The translations under genes were made by a program, and so were the position numbers. A DNA stretch of 64,000 nucleotides from an uncultured Calditrichaceae bacterium. Its GTDB lineage: Bacteria; Calditrichota; Calditrichia; RBG-13-44-9. Each line of letters opens with the position of its first letter. The first letter of the stretch is position 1. A model generated the notes under the pieces. The model worked only from the letters and a program-made list of their open reading frames with translations. It ran no database searches and had not been told where the DNA came from. Of the stretch, positions 59,539 through 64,000 are shown piece after piece. Location: assembly GCA_964624795.1 (NCBI GenBank), contig CAZUZS010000016.1:6855-70854 (forward strand), read 5' to 3'.

Positions 59539-60384
59539 TCAAACATCTTTGTAGGTAAGGACTCGTCCCCACAGGCTTTTGGTGCCCCATAATCCGGAGC
59601 GAAGACATTCCAATTGTACTATCTGACTGTGATCGACAAAGAGATTGACCTCCGGCCCATAATTTTTTATGTACCACGCGAAAACATCCGGATCAGCGGC
59701 TTCGAACATCGGTTTTTCCAGCCCCAGCGAGTTGATGATTTTTGCTACAACACCAGTGCGCCATTCATTCACATTTTCAGTAATACCTTCCGATTCAATC
59801 ATAATCATGTAGGCCCCTGCGTCGATAAAGCGCTTGGCCTGCAAGATAGCCCATTCCGGATCGCTGGTGCCTTCCGCTTCCAACTCTGCGACGGTGGTTG
59901 CGCCACCCGCACCGAATTGAATACCGACTTCCGGTTTCGCTTTCAGGCCAGCCTTCTGCACTTTCTCTATCAATCGCAGCCAGTCATCTGTCGGGATGGA
60001 AATAAATCCGCTTGAAATTTCAATGATGTCGAAGCCGATTTCCTTGCATTCGCGGATATAATAATCCACGGCTTCTGCACCCTGGGTTAGCACATGTTCA
60101 ATGAATCCGCCGGTGGAAACCAGAACTTCATGCTGATGGCACAATTCAAGTAGCTCTTTCACAGCCTTGCGAGGCATCAGACTAAAAGAGCCGCCGGCAA
60201 ATTTGAGCACGTCTACATAATTGCCCATTGTTTCCAGAACATCCTGCAAATACCGTTTCCCCATAACAGAATAGTATGGTCCCCGAATCTCTGTAACACC
60301 GTTTTTGCGGGGCTTGGAACTGCGTTTATTTATGCTCAATTTGCTAAATGCTCTTTCTTCCAGGTCAGTCTTAACTTGCTCCAT
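59539..60384 (-). CDS. Phosphosulfolactate synthase (ComA) family protein, HSA32-like subgroup
   Basis: KPRKNGVTEIRGPYY, VDVLKFAGGS, GFDIIEIS, KAKPEVG, MIESEG and NLFVD motifs. Confidence 0.85.
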   Translation of the reverse strand: MEQVKTDLEERAFSKLSINKRSSKPRKNGVTEIRGPYYSVMGKRYLQDVLETMGNYVDVLKFAGGSFSLMPRKAVKELLELCHQHEVLVSTGGFIEHVLTQGAEAVDYYIRECKEIGFDIIEISSGFISIPTDDWLRLIEKVQKAGLKAKPEVGIQFGAGGATTVAELEAEGTSDPEWAILQAKRFIDAGAYMIMIESEGITENVNEWRTGVVAKIINSLGLEKPMFEAADPDVFAWYIKNYGPEVNLFVDHSQIVQLECLRSGLWGTKSLWGRVLTYKDV

Positions 60385-60405
60385 TTTTTTATACCTCCAT
60401 AAAAT

Positions 60406-61776
60406 TTAATAATTCCGAACTGCCAACAGCAATCGGGTCAGCTCGGTGATTTGGATGAATTCCAGATTGTCAATCGCGCCGATAATCTCATCCTGCAACG
60501 AACTGGCTATTTGGGATTCACCGAGTCTCCTGAATTTCTCAACCACCCTCCCCCAGGAGACTGGCCTTGTAACAAATCCTTCGTAATCTTTTTTCTCTTT
60601 TTTGAGTACCTCCCCGTTTTTAAAGGAGATAGAAATTCGGCATGGCATCTCCTCTGGAAAGCGTTGGCTGAACTCAGGCGAAGGACTTACCTTGATTTTT
60701 CGAATCAAATCCTGAACATCCGGCCGCCGGATTCGCTCGGGAAGATACTGCGCCGGCATCACCTGCCCGTCCAGCAATGCCACGGCCACCATATAATGCA
60801 GGCTGTGATCGGCCTCTTCTTTGGTTCGGACCACAGTTTTGTCACCTTCCTCCCCCCCGCCGATGATGTTGAAGGCCACGTCGAATGTATCGATTTCGAT
60901 CCGCTCAATTTCGCTGGCCTTTGTTTGGTGTTCCTCTTTTAATTCCAACGCGCCTTCAATTGTGGCCTGAGAATGGATTTCGGCATTGTATTTTTTCACA
61001 ATGGTGCGGGTTACTCTTTCCAGATTTTCCTTTCCCCAGTCTATTTTGAACTGTCCGGCAATGGCGTCCATAAATCCTTTGTTTCCCTCGAACACACCAA
61101 GCGGGCCGGTTATGCCCCGCATAGCCAGGAAAGCCGCATGGGTGGCACCCAAAGCGGTATTTGGGTAAGCCAGCCCCTTCCAATTGGAGAGCATCCCGGT
61201 GCGGGTTACGCGCAAGGAGTTGTAAGATGTACCACTAATTGCGATTGCATTTGCAGTTTGTTCTTTATTCAGCCCAAGTGCCCGGGAAACACCAGCAGCC
61301 ACTGCGTATGCACCTTGAGTCGTATGATCGAAACCTTTTGCCCGGACCGGTGCAACGTCGCTTAAACGGCATTGGATATGATAGGCTGCCGCCAGTGCGG
61401 TCATGAATTCGCGCCCGTTTTGCTTTGCATATTCGCTGGCAGACAGGACAGACGAAATATTATCGCTGGGATGGCATGTTTCGCCCTTTGCAAGATAGCT
61501 GTCGTTGAAATCCAGGTAACGAACCAGAGCGCCGTTAAAAAAGGCAGCCCGGTCGGGAGATGATTTACCACTGCCAATTAATGTGCAATGGTCATTGCCG
61601 CCAAAATCCTTGGTCTGTGCCTCTACGGCCCGAATCGGTTCTGCCCCCAGCGCACCGATGGCGCAGCCCAGCGCATCCAGCGTACGAATCTTTAGATGGC
61701 CCCGAGCGGAAGATGATAAATCGCCATAGGAGGATTCCGCGACAAAATCTGCAAGGGATTCTACCATATACGCCAT
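60406..61776 (-). CDS. MmgE/PrpD family protein (2-methylcitrate dehydratase-like)
   Basis: LVRYLDFNDSYLA..TCHPSDN, GFDH, KYNAEIHSQ and ADHSLHY motifs. Confidence 0.9.
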   Translation of the reverse strand: MAYMVESLADFVAESSYGDLSSSARGHLKIRTLDALGCAIGALGAEPIRAVEAQTKDFGGNDHCTLIGSGKSSPDRAAFFNGALVRYLDFNDSYLAKGETCHPSDNISSVLSASEYAKQNGREFMTALAAAYHIQCRLSDVAPVRAKGFDHTTQGAYAVAAGVSRALGLNKEQTANAIAISGTSYNSLRVTRTGMLSNWKGLAYPNTALGATHAAFLAMRGITGPLGVFEGNKGFMDAIAGQFKIDWGKENLERVTRTIVKKYNAEIHSQATIEGALELKEEHQTKASEIERIEIDTFDVAFNIIGGGEEGDKTVVRTKEEADHSLHYMVAVALLDGQVMPAQYLPERIRRPDVQDLIRKIKVSPSPEFSQRFPEEMPCRISISFKNGEVLKKEKKDYEGFVTRPVSWGRVVEKFRRLGESQIASSLQDEIIGAIDNLEFIQITELTRLLLAVRNY

Positions 61777-62055
61777 ACCCCACACTCCCCTTTAAAATGC
61801 TAAAACTTTATTAATGATAAATTTTCTGTATGAAGGAAGGATGAAGAATTCAGGCCGCTGTTTATGCATGAATCGCAAGGTGTCCGCATCAAAATGGGAC
61901 AAAATCCCGGGAGAGGGGTTGTTGGTTCCCAAAGATAAGATGCCGGAAAATTCAAAAGAAGTTGGCCTTCAAGCTCTTCGGCGGTTCACTGACGAGCGCT
62001 AATCCCAATTTTGGAGGCACGATACAGAAGTGTTGTTTCCTGCAAGAAATATCGA

Positions 62056-62910
62056 TTATGTGGCGGCGGCTTTCCGTGCCTTCATTACTTCCCTTAATGA
62101 GAAAATAAAGGCGGGGACTGCAACCGTAAACATGAAAATTCCCACCAGTACGTAGCCGGTATCTACCGGCAGATGTTGCGTAAGTCCGTATATTGTTGCG
62201 GCTCCGAATAAAAGGAAGATCAGCCCGCCGAAGAATAGCGTTCGTCCGCCGGTTCGGGCACCAATCTGCCGGATCTCCGATTCCGATAAACGATGACCCC
62301 ATCGCAGAGATGCGCCAAACAGTGCGCCGATAATCACCAGCATGATCATGGTGCCGATGCCAAATAGCATACCAGGCAAAAAACCCAACCAGGCGCTTTT
62401 CATGGCTGGCGCTGCAACCGTATTGATATATAATGAAAAGCCGCCAAACCCGAAACCGGCGATAAATCCATGTATCAATGTCCACCTGACCGGCGGGGCT
62501 GCTGCAACCGCATTTTGTGGTTGGTGCTGTTTGCGCAGCAACTGGCTGCTGGTCTCCATCCTCTCAGGTTCCTCATGGTGATGCCCGAAAAGATGAAAAT
62601 GGAGGTAACGGTTTTTGCGCAAAACAATTGTGCCGGCAATGGACATGACCAACCCGACAACGATGTAAACAATACCGTTGATTCCGGGGGACCGCAGAAA
62701 GGGAGCCAACGCAAGGTAAGCCAATTCCGAGACCACCGCCCGCTGAATAGTAAAAGCTCCTGAAAAGTAGAGACCGGCTTTCATTCCCTCTTTCCCGCTT
62801 GCCCCGCCGATGGCGTAGCTGAATGTGATCGGCCAGGTGTGTTCATCGGGAAGGATCCCGTGGAGCAATCCGAATAAAAATGCGTAAATCAGCGCCGCCC
62901 ATGGGTCCAT
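62056..62910 (-). CDS. Putative Ni/Co permease-like membrane protein (NiCoT/UreH/DsbD_2-like)
   Basis: GLLHGILPDEH in TM1, His-rich loop HFHLFGHHH, second HGFIAG motif and GMLFGIGTM. Confidence 0.6.
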   Translation of the reverse strand: MDPWAALIYAFLFGLLHGILPDEHTWPITFSYAIGGASGKEGMKAGLYFSGAFTIQRAVVSELAYLALAPFLRSPGINGIVYIVVGLVMSIAGTIVLRKNRYLHFHLFGHHHEEPERMETSSQLLRKQHQPQNAVAAAPPVRWTLIHGFIAGFGFGGFSLYINTVAAPAMKSAWLGFLPGMLFGIGTMIMLVIIGALFGASLRWGHRLSESEIRQIGARTGGRTLFFGGLIFLLFGAATIYGLTQHLPVDTGYVLVGIFMFTVAVPAFIFSLREVMKARKAAAT

Positions 62911-63058
62911 GTCAAATCCCTCGTCCCGGGGTCAAGATCAAGACAGCAAGATCAAAATCGAAATCCAGACACTTCAATAGAGCCATTTCTCACCTCTCTC
63001 CCGTTTTGGCTTCTTTTTGGCAATCTAACGCCGAAATCCGAATTTAGTTTTGGTTGAG

Positions 63059-63080
63059 GATAGGTGAAATCCCACCTATC
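63059..63080. promoter_or_regulatory. Perfect palindrome in a divergent intergenic region (candidate operator)
   Basis: gataggtg-aaatcc-cacctatc. Confidence 0.35.
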
Positions 63081-63168
63081 TTATATATAATGATCTTGCT
63101 TATTCTGCAATCTGTTCTAAATTACAAAGCATTAGATGGGTGATAATTGATGATGCGAGGAGGTGAAT

Positions 63169-63963
63169 ATGGAGCTTGGTCTGCAAAACAGGGTGGCGAT
63201 GGTTTCTGCGGCTTCAAAGGGGATTGGCAAAGGAATAGCCAAATCGCTGGTGCGGGAAGGTTGCCTTGTGTCAATCTGTGCCCGGAGCCAGGACGCGTTG
63301 CAGGAAGCGCGAGAGGATCTGATTAAAGAAAATCCCGGCGCACGTGTGCTGGCATTTTCTTGCGATGTGAGTAAACCGGACGAGCTTAAGAACTGGCATT
63401 CTGCCACCGTCCGGGAACTTGGCGATGTGGACATCCTGGTGACCAACACCGGTGGGCCGCCGCCAGGCCGGTTTTCGGAGATCACCGAAGAAAAATGGAA
63501 ATTGGGTGTGGAATCGACTCTGATGAATGTGATTCGGCTCTGCAACCTGGTCCTTCCCGGAATGAAGGAGCGTGGCTGGGGACGAATCGTGCACATTACC
63601 TCACTTGCCGCCAAACAGCCAATCGATATTCTTACCATCAGCAACACTTTGCGTGCCGGAATCTCTGCGCTTACAAAAACGATGTCCAATGAATTTGCGG
63701 CGAGCGGCATTTGTGTGAATGCCCTGTTGCCGGGGCATATTCTCACTGACCGCCAAATGGAGCTTAACCAAATTAAAGCAAAGGAGCGGGGGATCACCGT
63801 TGATGAATATGCCAAAAGGTCGCAAAGCCATATTCCTGCCGGCCGCTACGGCACAACACGGGAAATAGGCGACGTTGTCGCATTCCTCTGCAGCGACCGG
63901 GCAAGCTATGTGAGCGGTGTTTCCCTGCAGGTGGACGGCGGGCTGATAAAGAGCACTTTCTAA
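63169..63963 (+). CDS. SDR family oxidoreductase (BKR-like)
   Basis: SAASKGIG dinucleotide motif, [23 protein letters not shown] and VDGG; ATG behind GGAGG. Confidence 0.9.
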   Translation: MELGLQNRVAMVSAASKGIGKGIAKSLVREGCLVSICARSQDALQEAREDLIKENPGARVLAFSCDVSKPDELKNWHSATVRELGDVDILVTNTGGPPPGRFSEITEEKWKLGVESTLMNVIRLCNLVLPGMKERGWGRIVHITSLAAKQPIDILTISNTLRAGISALTKTMSNEFAASGICVNALLPGHILTDRQMELNQIKAKERGITVDEYAKRSQSHIPAGRYGTTREIGDVVAFLCSDRASYVSGVSLQVDGGLIKSTF

Positions 63964-64000
63964 CGATTGGAAGCCGGAATTGATTGCGGAAAATAGCTCC

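Noticed and set aside
8181-60384. One unified sulfur pathway across the lyase, TauE, DsrE, TsdA-like and ComA-like genes
   Set aside because: The genes are scattered over 52 kb in separate transcription units; the shared theme may be coincidence.
1-64000. Numerous antisense and alternate-frame ORFs in the track (for example 1726..2274, 4243..4842, 6768..7517, 21455..22090)
   Set aside because: They are shadows of well-supported genes on the opposite strand or in another frame, with no family motifs.

Overview
Gene-dense bacterial chromosome segment. It is inferred to come from an FCB-associated lineage such as Calditrichota, KSB1 or Ignavibacteria, based on a T9SS-type C-terminal sorting domain, a Bacteroidota/Chlorobi-type RNA polymerase omega and a DUF3098 gene. 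About 53 CDSs, one tRNA-Val(TAC), several terminators and short palindromic intergenic repeats are supported; no integrase, transposase, CRISPR array or rRNA was seen. Recognisable modules: ablA-SSS transporter-ablB (N-epsilon-acetyl-beta-lysine osmolyte synthesis), rpoZ, acyl-CoA synthetase, Met/Cys gamma-lyase plus TauE, thyX, zf-TFIIB/LemA/HtpX, dapD, an EmrAB-TolC pump, MlaEFD, phosphoketolase and a P3A-type H+-ATPase. Strongest leads: (1) a 7-heme c-type cytochrome with a T9SS sorting domain, a candidate for extracellular electron transfer; (2) a radical SAM pair (cobalamin-dependent plus possibly Mss-like) that may modify membrane lipids; (3) a cytochrome c / DsrE / single-domain TsdA-like periplasmic sulfur module; (4) a PrpD plus HSA32-like ComA homolog operon; (5) a DksA-type zinc finger fused to a PP2C phosphatase; (6) two tandem, divergent heparinase-II-like proteins. 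All family assignments come from motif recognition by eye; no database searches were run.
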